Assembly (NCBI GenBank): GCA_965649765.1
Contig: OZ287751.1
Location: 7,006,001-7,070,000, forward strand
Length of the DNA: 64,000 bases
Direction: 5' to 3'
DNA from: Bispira polyomma
Taxonomy: Eukaryota
A program made the translations under genes and the position numbers. Under the pieces are notes generated by a model. That model did no database searches. It was not told the DNA's origin and was given only the letters and a program-made list of their open reading frames with translations. This document shows positions 9,505 through 22,400 of this stretch, piece by piece (the stretch's first letter is position 1; each line of letters starts with the position of its first letter).

Positions 9505-11464
9505 ATAACACATTGACCCCTACCTACACGAAATCTGAACCTTGTGTAAAATCAAATAAACCAAACATCGAGAAAGAATTTACTTTTACTGTGACACAAG
9601 AAATGCACATTTGCATGAACGTACTCCCTCCCCCCCCCCTCACACACACACACACACACACTCGCCCAGCGCCACCCTGCACCCGCAATTAGGTCAAGTG
9701 GGAAATTCTCAATACACGTGAGAGGAACGTCCATATTCTTTAAGATTCTTGTAATCCGTTCGTCAATAGGATGAAACCTTGCTATATCTGGTCTCAAATA
9801 GCTGTTTGTAAAAGTGTTTTGTAAAATCTCTTCCAATCTGTGTCCACTCAAGTTATTGAACAGTCATTAAAACTCCATTGCCTAGTATTTCTCAGTCTCT
9901 AAACAGAAACTCAAAGTTGTGTTTTGTTGCCTGTAATAAACATATGTGATATGTCTATTATTATAAAAATTAATTACAGAGATATATTAACTTAATCAGA
10001 ATCAGCAAAAGAATTGCTTCTCTTTCTCAGAAGGTATGGTATGTGTGTGGGTAAACTGTCAGTAGACCTGCTGAAGGAATGTGGTTTGTTAGTTTTGCCA
10101 TGCCAAAAAGGCCTTCACAAATTACCCTGTACGGCTCTGTTCCACCAGTAAACTCCCAATCATAATATATAAGATTTTAGTTGTTAAAAGAGATGTTCAG
10201 CCGAAAGATAAAAAACCTAATTTTAATAACAAAATAAACTAAAATCCAGGCAGAAGCAATGCAAGGCTGTGTTAATTTTGTCAAATCTAACATTGTGTTA
10301 CAGATAACAGGAGTTTTGCACACGTACACAAAACATACGAAAACCACAGGACCAATAGTTGTATACAAAGCAAATTGGATTGCAAAACTACACCAAAAAC
10401 AGAACTAAGAATTCTCCAGGATTTCTTAAATTTTATTATTATCAATGTCTACTTCTGAGTGTGTTGAATTAAATATATTTTATTTATTTTAGCGGCAAGT
10501 GTTAGGTTCACATTTTTTTTACAATTTGATACATTTTGATACATTTTGTTGCTGTTAGTACTAAGGCTTTAAGGCTTATTTGTCGCTTTACATTTACGAT
10601 ACAGTTTTACATTTATCCTGCTTGTAATAGACAAGAAACATGTATTTTACTCAATTTAAAATTATTGTTATATTGTAACAGTGCACTACCAATACGTGAT
10701 ACACATTATATACATAAGCAAATGATTAGTTAAGGAGGTATGGGGGATGGACAGAAAGTGAACAAGAAAGGTTTTAACAAGTGTTAAGGTAGACTTAATT
10801 TACAAAGTACTGAATAACTTGACCATGCAAGAGGTGACCCTATATTAAAGTTAACTAATCTACATCGATGTAAAGTTTATTAAATATTACTTGCTAATAA
10901 GTAGGTATGTATTTATAAAATTCCTAACATTATTAAAAAAACATATATCTCTCAACTCCTTTAAAGTGATAACTGAATCCACGTATACTAATATTAAGAA
11001 AAATAAGAAGAATTAATTCTTCTGTTTTTAAATCACTTTGTATTAATGTACTTTGAGTGAGAGAAATAAAATAAATAAATATACCCAGTATGTTATAACA
11101 TTTACAACTCCTCTTTTTTATACTTTAGGTCTGAATCAGACCACTCTCTAATTATATAATAAATAATGTCTTATATTATAAAATATATCTGAAACAAAAA
11201 GGTTATCATTAAATTTATATCAGTGGTCAGTTAATAAATACACATAGTTTGTTTACAAAAAAAGGAAGTTGTTTTGGTGTTGTTTACTGATTCTCTCTGA
11301 CCCATATGTCAGCAGTGAGTCAATTACCATTGTATGGCTGAGTACAAGTCTTCTAACAAGATGTTACTACTTTAATTAATTGTAGAATGTTAAGTAGGGA
11401 TTAGTTTACAGTGGACATAGAGAAAGAGCTGATGCATCAGAATATCAATGAGAAGAAAATTCAA

Positions 11465-11512
11465 TCATTTGCAAATGACACCTGAAGTGGCTTTAGAACT
11501 TCTCTATAAAAG
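11465..11512 (+). promoter_or_regulatory. Putative core promoter of the SCO-spondin/mucin-like gene
   Basis: TATAAAAG at 11505-11512, about 170 bp upstream of the ATG. Perfect 14-bp palindrome TCATTTGCAAATGA at 11465-11478. Confidence 0.45.
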
Positions 11513-11680
11513 CTGATAGTTTGTGAAGGCAGGGCACAGACGTAGGGATAATACCCCCAGCGTCAAGGCAAGGATTAACTAAAACAAATCTAACCAGATA
11601 AGAACAGCTTTTTAAATATTTTAAAGGCTGTTAGTGTGAAAAATTTATAACAGAAAATAAAGTGTGTGAGTGGGACCAAC

Positions 11681-12855
11681 ATGGTGAGATCCTACCAACC
11701 TCTGTTGCCTGTTCTGCTTTATGTGGTTACAATGCAGTCCAGAACAGTAGTGAGGTATGTATGGGATGTTCATAAGAGTTCATGACAATAAACCACAATT
11801 TACTGCATAAATAATAAACTGTTGTAAACATAATTTCTACTAATTGTTTTGGAATAAAAAGGGAGCTGTAAGAAACAGCTGACAGTAAGAATTTGTGTGT
11901 AATAAAATAGCAGATAAAAAGTCTTACATAAGTTAAATAAGAGTGACATAGAAGTAGTGAAAAGGTCAGCTTGCAAGAGTGCATGCTTTAATATCTTCCG
12001 CATTATAATTTAGAATATTGTGTTGATGTTATATAGCACACGACTTTATAAGACACACTTTGGTGGTTCTATTATCAAGACACTCATTTTTTTTAACAAA
12101 TATATGACATCCGAATTAGAGTTGGTTCTGGATAGGTCAGTAACATGTAGTCATCACCATGTCAATATCTATGTTTTGAGGTTGTATCTTAGTATCTTAG
12201 AAACCTAACTTTCATCAACTCTAATTAACCTGTGGTCATATCAAGGGAAAGATCTTAAGCTCAACCCAGACTCACCTCAAGTCTAAAGCCAACATATTCT
12301 GATGAAAGTGACCCTACATAAAATCGGACTGCATATTTTGAATTCAGCACTAAAAGCTCTTGTAAAGTGAATGGAGTGACAAGTACAGGTTAATTTCATC
12401 GAGAAGAACTTTTCAGATGGCCTTTACCTAAGTTTAGCCTGTATTTCTTTTGGGGAGTATGTGCCCAGGTTTTCAAAGGCAGAGTAGAATATCTGAATTA
12501 TCCCTTCTCTTACATGATGATGACAGATATATTTGTCCACATTTTATTTTTATTCTGTAAGTCTTCTTGTTTTTTCTTCACTATAGCAGCGAGCCTCACT
12601 GGTGCACAATCACTGAATATAAGACAGACACCGAAGAAGATAGTTGTGGAAACTACTTTGAAAAATACCTTCGTCAATTTACCATTAACAGGCCAGCAAG
12701 TAATCTTGATATGTACAGTGATGCTGTTTACATGCAAATACTGACAGGGTACGCGGCTAATCCACAGCTGGCTCCACAATGTCAGTATGAGAAGCACACT
12801 AGTGAGATAGTGGACCAATGCTGTGATGGCTGGAAAGGCTCAAACTGTAATGAAG
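11681..12855 (+). CDS. Exons 1-2: signal peptide and EMI-like domain
   Basis: Exon 11681-11754 (phase 2 donor AG|GTATG) joins exon 12587-12855 in frame, giving SEPHWCT...[11 protein letters not shown]. Confidence 0.75.
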
Positions 12856-15800
12856 GTGAGTTAGTATTTTGTTGTATGCCTAGAGATTTTCCCATTAAAA
12901 AGGTGTATTCTATTTTTTAAAGAGTGAACAGTTATTTATGTGAATGAAAGGAAACCGCAAAAAGAATGGATTTCCTAAAAGCATCTAACATATTTCAATG
13001 AAGAGTAAAATATTATATGAAATCATAAAATAAGTCCTAGCAGTTCTTATTAACCTTAAAAATAGGTTTTATAGCAATAAGATAATTTCACAAAACTAGA
13101 ATGTAGTTTAATATTGTCTGAACATTAACTATCTGTTGGTGTATTTTATGCAGTGTATGGTCCTTGCTTTGTATGGTTCTCTTTTGAGGCCCCGTATGTT
13201 TTATGACCACCATCCGTCCCCCATTTTTGATGTTTTGATTAATGCTTAGGTTAGTTGCGCTTTAGAATTTGTTGTACAAAGATTAAGACTAGATTGTTGA
13301 TGTTCACTGTTTTCACTACACCAAATGTACTTTCAAACAAGTTAACACCAACATGGATCTTTACCTATAGATATATGAGGAGGGCTGTTTCAAGATGTTT
13401 CACAAAGTGTTGATTATTACACACTATGTTACGTACCCCACTCTAGTACTACGGTACAGGGGCCGTTGTATAAAGTTAGGTGTATTTTTACATTTTATAA
13501 CTCAAGAAGACAAAATTCTCACAAAACTAACAGGCTTGTTTTGTAACATTTTGTTCTCTTGAGTTCTATAATTTAACCATACACATTAATCATACTATAA
13601 CTGTATTCATTCTCATCCATCTAGCTGACTGTACACCTGATTGTCAGCATGGAACCTGTCTAGGTGGAAACAAGTGTGAATGTTTTTCGGGGCATGTTGG
13701 TAGCCGTTGCCAGTATGACTTAGCCAGTAAGTACAGAGTCTTGCTTACTAGTCATTCACAACTAGAACAATAAGCATCAGATATGTAAAGGCGAAAGTTA
13801 ATAGTAATCTTTTAGTATCAAATTAGAATGGAAGTCATCAATCAATGGTAGGTCTAAATTTGTTTCCAAAAAAAAAAGTATATTAATGAGGTAATAACCT
13901 TATATTGTAACTTATCAAGTGTCTTTGTCCACTTCTAAATTGTTCTCTGTGTTGCTGGTTTCACAGTTTTGTTAGACTGCCTTTGCTATTTCTAAACGTT
14001 CACATTTTTATGTTCTTTATAAAGTATGATTTTGATGTACATTACAACTGGAACCTCAAGGGAGTCAGAAAATACCTCTACTCAAGCAGGATATTCATTT
14101 AACAGGGTAGATTTCAATTGAAAAGGCCCTTATGGTACAAAATATATTTTTTCCTGTATAGAATTGATTTTACAGAGTTCTGCTTAAGGGTTATGACTTA
14201 AAAAACTTGTAAATAAATGGGTTTAATATTAATGTAAATACTAGGAGTTACAGACAACAGGAAGTACTGTTTCAAAGACAAACACTGCAGTGGCAGTCAG
14301 GTTGATGGTGCCACAGAGTTGGTCACACAGACTGAATGTTGTGCAATGGAAGGTGCTGCTGCTTGGGGAGTGGTTACTTCAGAAGAGTATGGTGTGGATT
14401 GTACAATGTGTCCAGGGGCAAATGGTTTAAATGCTGACAGTAATCCATCAGGTACCCTCATTTAAATATTTTATAAAAATAGCTATAAGCCATCTAGACA
14501 ATAAGCAAATTGTATGCAAAATACCCTCACAGAGGGTAAGTAAGTAAAGCAACAAGCTATTTTTAAAACTGTTGTCTTGGTTTACAAATACATCTCTACA
14601 GGTCAACAAAATATGTCAGTCCTTTTCTGTCTCAATAGACTTCAGCTGCTACAACTAGGCATAATTATGCAGTATACTTAGTATACTCTAATGTTCCATA
14701 TGATGTTACATCAATGCATAACCCCAATGTTCACTTTAAAACAAGTTTCTTATATGGTCTCACCCAAGTTGTGGAACGACCTTCCTTACAGTATATGTAG
14801 TGTTTCTACTCTAAGAAGTTTTAAATGCAGACTTAAAACATATAAGTTTGGCCACCATTTCCCTCCCCCCACCCTTAGTTTTCCGGCACCAATCACTGGT
14901 TGTATTTTTGGTGTTGACCAATCTCTGCTTTTAAATGTTGTAATGTGGTTTCTGATTTGCACCGTATGTCACAGACTGCTTTAGTACAGAGATTAAGAAC
15001 TTGGCTACACGATTGATTGATTGTAATTCTATCGTGTTGTTAACAAAAAGGACATACATTTAACAAAAATAATAAGACTGGCCCTCTTTGAGAGTAGTTT
15101 TATATCATCTGTTCTAATACCTAACTAAAGGCATTCTTTATAACTTTGTTATTACATATGGTACAGCTTGAAAATGAATATATGATTTCAGTGGTTATCA
15201 ATGAGTCTCCATTGGATATGAGGACCTGCTTTGGATATGGTCAATATTACTATCGTACATTTGATGGACTGCAGTACATGTTCCCTGGCAAATGCTCCTA
15301 TCTTTTGTATACTGATGGAATGAAGTCTGTCAGAGTAGAAATGATTGATTGTTTTAACTATGCTAACTGCACAAAGGTACACACTATCACTATGTTCTAA
15401 TCAAATATGTTTTTAATTTACATTGTGAGATTTCTTTTAAAACAAGTTATTCAATGGTTATTCACTCATGACTTTAGATCAATGTAGATTAAATTATCAC
15501 TTTTTAGTGATTTAGACAAAACTAATATGTTTTAACAACACCAATTTAACCATGGCATTTTTTATTTCAGTAGATATAAGTTTTCTGAAGTACTTCAGTT
15601 TATGTTATAGATAAGACCATTATTTTAGACTCCTGGAAATTTATATAATTTTAAGTTCCTCCACTTTTTGCAGAGATTGACAATTAAGCTGAACATTGAT
15701 ACCACTGTGGTAGCACATGGTGCCGACATCCAGGTTGGAGAGGAAACCGCTACTGTGACAATGAGTAATGGTTATGCACATCCCGATACTGGAGCTCAGA

Positions 15801-18800
15801 TCAGTTTACGTGGAGAATTCTACTATCTGGAATATGGAGCCTTCAGGGTCAAATGGGATGCTACAAATGTTTGGGAAATCACACTGAGTACCAACTTGCA
15901 GGGCTTTGAAATAAAGGGTTTATGTGGCAACTTTGATGGAAATCCAAACAGTGAGTTAAAATACTAATTGTCTAGCATTTAAAGTTACCTCCATATAGAA
16001 GTCAAGTCATTCACTTGTTCTAATATAATAGTATAGTAATCTTACTCTCTGATGATGATTTTGCAGGCAGTTGTTAGCAGTTTACTTTTTAAGTGTAAAC
16101 GTTTAGAAAGATATTGCATTGCTGTAAAAGTTTTATAGGGTTTATGGGTGGGGTGGGGGCGGATTTGTAGCTTATCCCAGATGTCTTATTTGCACACAAT
16201 GTAATAATTGTAGCCCAAACTAATACTTGCTCTGTCTGTATACAAAATGTTATTTGTATTTAGATGATATGAGGAAACCCAATAGTGTTGATGAAATTAA
16301 GAATCCGGCTGCTTTTGGCAATGCTTGGTCTATTACAGACTTTAACATGGTAAGATGCCTTCTATAAAATTGTAGTATTGTTACTGAAAGCTAGTTAAAT
16401 GTATGTTATAGTGTCATGATGTAATATTTTGTATGTTTTTTAATAGAAAGTCAGCAGAAATAGTTTTATACGATGTTTAAAGGAAACCCCAGCACACAGG
16501 CTGTTGATCCTCTTTATCCCAAGTGGTATATTCACACAATTACATTATTAATAGCTATAATATCTGAATCCACAAATGAGGCATGATTTAGGCTTTTCAG
16601 TCATCATGGGCTGCTATTTTTGGTAGTGATGAAAAGCTCAGGAGACAATATATATGAAAAAATAAAATCAGTATTTCTTTCTACACTTAGGCTTTATTAT
16701 ACAAATATAAGCATCTTTCTTAGAAACAATTTCCATTTTGGACTTCTGTTACTGTGATACTGTACAGCCACCATCACAACTAAGTCAGAATCACAGCCAA
16801 AAGTTTCACTAATCATTTTAATATGTTTATACAATTCTTGTTTCTCAAATCAATGCTATTGCAATGTGTTTTCAGTGTCCAGATTCCGGCAGTTTTGTGT
16901 ACCAGTGTAAAACTCCGACCATAGAACAAGAAGCTATAATGGCCTGTAGCATAATTAAATCTCAGTTGTTTAAGGAGTGCCATTTGCATGTAAGTAGATT
17001 TCATAAAAGCTGTGAGTTTAGATTTTAGATTTACATGTTGAGTATTTTGTTCAAAGAATACCAATAATCTGTAGATTCAAACACAGTTTCATCTGTTACA
17101 GGCCTACAAAAGGCAGAAACGCTTGTTACACCATAAATTATTTTATGTTTTTTTTGATTGTTCTCATTCCTTTAATTTTATTGGCCATCCTTACTTCTAA
17201 AGTTAAATATTTTTTGTAAGAATAAAGAATTCTGTTCGTTAGCAAATATGTAATAAATTAAATTGTGCTTCATTGTATGGTTATAAATATACATTATAAT
17301 GGATGATATACATTTCAGATTCCAGTGAGTAGTTATTTCTATCGCTGTGTGAATGACTACTGTGGTGCGATTAATAATAAGGATAACAATCCTGATGCAG
17401 CTGAAGATGTCACAAGCCAAGAGTTGGAAGATGCACGTTGTTCAAATCTCAATGCATACAGTAGAGAATGTAGTGCTCACGATTTTATTGTAAACTGGAG
17501 AACTTCTACCCTCTGTCGTGAGTTGTATTCAGTTAGATTTTTCAAGCCCACAAAAAAATAATGCCATAAAGGTTGTAGAAATTTATGTCACTTTGCATGC
17601 ACAAAAACAAAGACTACTCAAAGTGTATTCATATTTTCATTGGGGGGAGGGTCTATAAAGCCCATTTTATGTTATGAATCTTCATTTATTCGTCAAAAAT
17701 ATTCTTAACCTATTAAAACTTTTAGATATGTATCAGTAATTGGTCAATTCAGTCAACTGAAAGAGGTATTTGATAATAGAATGGAATACTGAGAATACTA
17801 ATGGGCCTGGCACTTAATAAGTCTGCTGCAGAACCCCCGAGGTCATATTTGAGTCCATTTCCTCTAGTGGTATCAGTTCATTCACTTTTATCAAGTTAAA
17901 GCAATTTTAAAGCTATGATTATCTGTGTCATATTATATAGAATATTATCAAGAAAGTACAATGACTATACCACATACTTTAGTGTTTCATATTTGATTAT
18001 ACACTTGACCATTTAAAGATAATTTTGTGTTTATTTAACAGTTTACAATTGAACCTCCTTATCTACATATAGCCTCAATGAATGTTATTCTATTTCTATA
18101 GCTAAGGATTGTGAAGCAGACACTGGCATGCTGTATTCTGAGTGTGCTCCAAAGTGTGCCCGTACTTGTACCACTTTGTACAATACTATGCCAGCTGATT
18201 GTCACCAGTGTAACCCAGGATGTAGTTGTCCCGAGGGCCTGTTTCTACATGATGGTAAATGCGTCCAGGCACGGCACTGTCCTTGTTATTATGTAGATCG
18301 TTACCTAGATCCAGGCACTACCATCAAGGATAATTGTAACAACTGGTATGTTTATAGTTTCTTAATTCAAGTGTTTTACACAAAAACCTTCAATAACCAC
18401 CATTTTATACAACTAGTTCTTTTGTTATCACTAACACTATGACACTGTATGATAGATGCTCCATTATATTTTAGGACAAGCAGTAGTTACTAACATGTTG
18501 CAATAAATATTTCAACTCAGACTATGACACCTTAAAAAGACTATTGTAAAACCATCTCTCCCTGGGTATTTATTATTTTGCAATTATGTTATCAAATAAT
18601 AGCAGTTTGAAATCTTTAACTGGTTGTGTGAATTATTTTCAAGAAAGAACCATCAATAGAGTAGAACCACATGCTTATATGCTTCGGTTTGTATTACAGG
18701 TTTGACAATACCAAATTATTTGTGTACGGTTGAACCACCAATAACCATTATCCCCCACAAGAAAGTTGTTGATAAAAATATCCAATATGGAAAAAATATC

Positions 18801-19375
18801 GCGTATAGAATGATCAGTTTCATATATTCTGTGTACCTAGTAAAAAATCCTAACTATGTGGTTGTTAATAATAATATTTATTGGTTTAGTTGTTTTAATA
18901 ATTCACCATAATTTATTTCCTATGTTCAATACTTCGTTCACAATGGGGTTCTTGTTTTCCTAACTAGCACATGTGTGACTGGAAGGTGGAAATGTACTGA
19001 TGAGGTTTGTTCAAAAACCTGTTCTTTGCTGGGTTTCCAACATATCAATACCTTTGATGGACAGCAATATGATAATAATGGCCGTCCTTGCACAGGTGAA
19101 AAACCTGATTCTGGATACACATTGGTTGAGGTAAGAGGGGTTATTGTGCTTATTATTATTTATTTAATTTTTTGTCATCTCCTTATAACATGTATACAAT
19201 ATTTGTGTAATAATACTGCCAACAAAGTGGCATATATTAAACCAGCCAGCAAGTTTTGAACTAAGATACATTAAGGATATAAATTACAAATTTCTATTTA
19301 AAAGTCAGTGTATGATATTTTATACTAACAAGCTTATATATAAACACTAATGTATGATATTTTATACTAAAAAGC

Positions 19376-19417
<42 letters not shown>

Positions 19418-22400
19418 CCACTTTTTCTATTATCTAGTACTTAACATTAATATTTTCTTTAATACTTAGGAGTTGTTGTTACAAATATTTTTATATCATT
19501 ATTTTTATTATCATTTTTATATCATTAGTCATATAATTTAATTTTTATATCACCTTATTACAGTCAGATAATTTGCCAGGCTTGGGAAAACTGAAGATTG
19601 TTTACCAAAACACTGGTGATACTAAATCTGTAATAAGTGTGACCGTCATTCTGATGCGACCAAACACTGAAGACGCAGTAGTTACTTTGACAAAAGATTA
19701 CACTGCTGTAATATATGGTACACCAAGGAATGATTTAACACAGGTAAGAATATGTTTTATACCAAGATCAGGTGATTTATTTACTTAACCACCAAAACCC
19801 CTTGGTGCCAGTAAGCTGTAAGCAATGTTAACAGAACTTAAATACTTGTTCCGGAGATTGTTTTTCTGTCCCTGTGGCATAATGAGTAACATGCTAAGAA
19901 AAATCGAGTAGCTTGGCTGATCACTTGAAATGGCTGTGACGTGTCATAGGATTCTATCCTCAGTGGCTAAATAATCTTTGGGATGTTGATAAAGGATCTG
20001 TCTTCTCTGAGTGGAATCTCAGTTACTGATGATGGTTGACTGTACTTGGGTAGTCAACAAAATGTAAATTGGCCGTTTGAATACCGGATAAAGGTGGAGA
20101 AATGTGCTCAGTATAAATTCAAATACAAGACAACAATTTGCGCAACCTGTAAAATCACTGGAAAGCTTGATCAGTAAAAACGTATGTGTCCATTAAATAC
20201 AGAAAAAATAAAACAGTTCTAGCAGTTAAGGAGACTTGCTCACTTCATATTTCTACTAATATTGTAACTATTGCGACAACATTTTTTTAATAGAATGTGC
20301 GAATAATCTAAAAAATAGTATTAAATAGACACATTAGAAACATTTTATAGATACTTATTTTCTTATTATTACTAATTTTCAGAATCCATTCAGAGACAGC
20401 ACATTCTATGTGAAAAGAGTTGCCCAACTATTTTTGATGGTTGAAGGCTTTGGGTTTAGGTTACTATATGATCCCACTGGGAGGATTTATATCACATTAG
20501 AGCCTTACTACATGAAGAGGGTAAGTTTAAAATTCAGTAGAACTTATATTATCCGAATATTCCATTTTATGAACTTGTTTTCGTTCTCCCCAATGTTTTT
20601 CTACAGTTTTATACTAAACTGTCTTCAATTTATGAGCCTTCTATTATCGAAAGGAAATCTGACTCGAATAACAGAGATTACACTACATATATTGTATCCC
20701 TTTTCTGTTAGAGTGTAAATGTGTTTAAATAAGTTAGATTTGTTTTAACAATATATAGTGCAATGTGTTTGAACAAGTATTACATAATAGGCAGTAAGCC
20801 TTGCCAAAAATATTGATATGTTATTGCTGTGTTATGAAAGGTATATGGTCTTTGTGGTACCATGGATGGCAACTGCCATACAGATTTCTTTGCTGGAGGC
20901 ATTCTACAGACCGACTTGGTGACCTTCCTTAATGCTTACAAATCTCTAAAATGTGAACCTACCGAATCTATAGATGCCAACTATAAACCATGTGACCTGG
21001 TTATGGAGGTGAGGACAATTCAAATTACTCTATAATGCTTCTCAGTAATGCTTACTTGTAGAACTATGTTGACTAAGTATAACTGTTTGACTAAGCTAAG
21101 TATAACATATATAAAACTGCTTCATTAGGCGTTGCTTATATTTGTGAGAAACTGTGATCCATGATTGAGTCGGTTAATATTCGATTTGCTACTAAGAAAA
21201 CAACTAAAAAGAGCTTTAGTATTGTATTGTATCCTTTTAATAAAGGTGGAAGAGCTAGCAGAAGAAACATGTGGCATATTCAAGGACAGGAGTATTTTCG
21301 GATGCTGTGTAGATGTGGTAGAATACCAGGATTATATTGACTGGTGTATATATGACATATGTGCCTCCAGAGGTGTTACCACAGAGCATGTATGCTTAAT
21401 GGCTACTGCCTTTATCCATGAATGTAAAACAAAAATCGACATTGCAGATGAGAAGTTCCTCAGCTACTTTAACTATGAATGTGCAAGTATGTAGTTGTAT
21501 GCTACAAGTATGCTACGAATTGCTTTTTAGCTTTTAAGTTTAGCCAAATCATACACATACATATTATTAAATATTAGAATATCTTGTACTCAGCATTGAA
21601 TTTCATTTTATGGTGCTCCCTTTAACCAATGCGAGGTTACCTCTGATCCATAATTGATTTAACCGAATTGTTTATCTTACACATACAAAAATAAAGACTT
21701 TGCAGGCCTTATAACTCCCCTAGAATTTCTATAGTTTAAGGGTATTCCTATGTTTCCTATATTTCTTGTAGATCATGGTCAAAGATTTCTATCTATAATT
21801 CCTGTAATTATACTGTATTTGTTGTGAGACTTGAATAGCACGTTAAATATATCAATAAAGTAAATAAATAATTTTGTTTATTGGGTCACTTCGACTGATT
21901 ACTGATCAGTTTCATAATTAATTCATTCATTCATTAAATATGCAAGTATAAGTAGCAGAAGAGGTTTTTTTAATGTTCAAAACTTTTACAGAAGTATATG
22001 AATAAATGTAGTCCACTTTTCTTCGATATCAATGAACAAGTTCCTATAATTATTCAATATTTTCTGTGATTATAATTCCTCTATAGTTATTCTATATTAT
22101 ATGCTTAAAATTGCTATGATTCTTTTCCTCCAATAATTATAACTAGACCTAAAGTAGTTGCCATGGATATGTTTCATTTTCTTTCTGCTATTCACAGCAC
22201 TTGAGAGGTATCAATGCGAGGGGGGCAGTGCATTTACCACAGGTGCCAAGGTCTATGAAGCATGTAGAGATCAGGAGGATGCTGAGCACCACCCTGAGGA
22301 GGAGACATTGGAAGGTTGTGGCTGTAGTAACAACCACTTGACAGATGGGGAGGGAAGTTGTGTACCAGTGGAAGAGTGTACATGCTTGGATGCTTATGCA

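Noticed and set aside
9552-11460. Short ORFs between the retrotransposon and the gene
   Set aside because: No motifs or splice support. One spans a (CA)n/poly-C tract, consistent with chance ORFs or decayed repeats.
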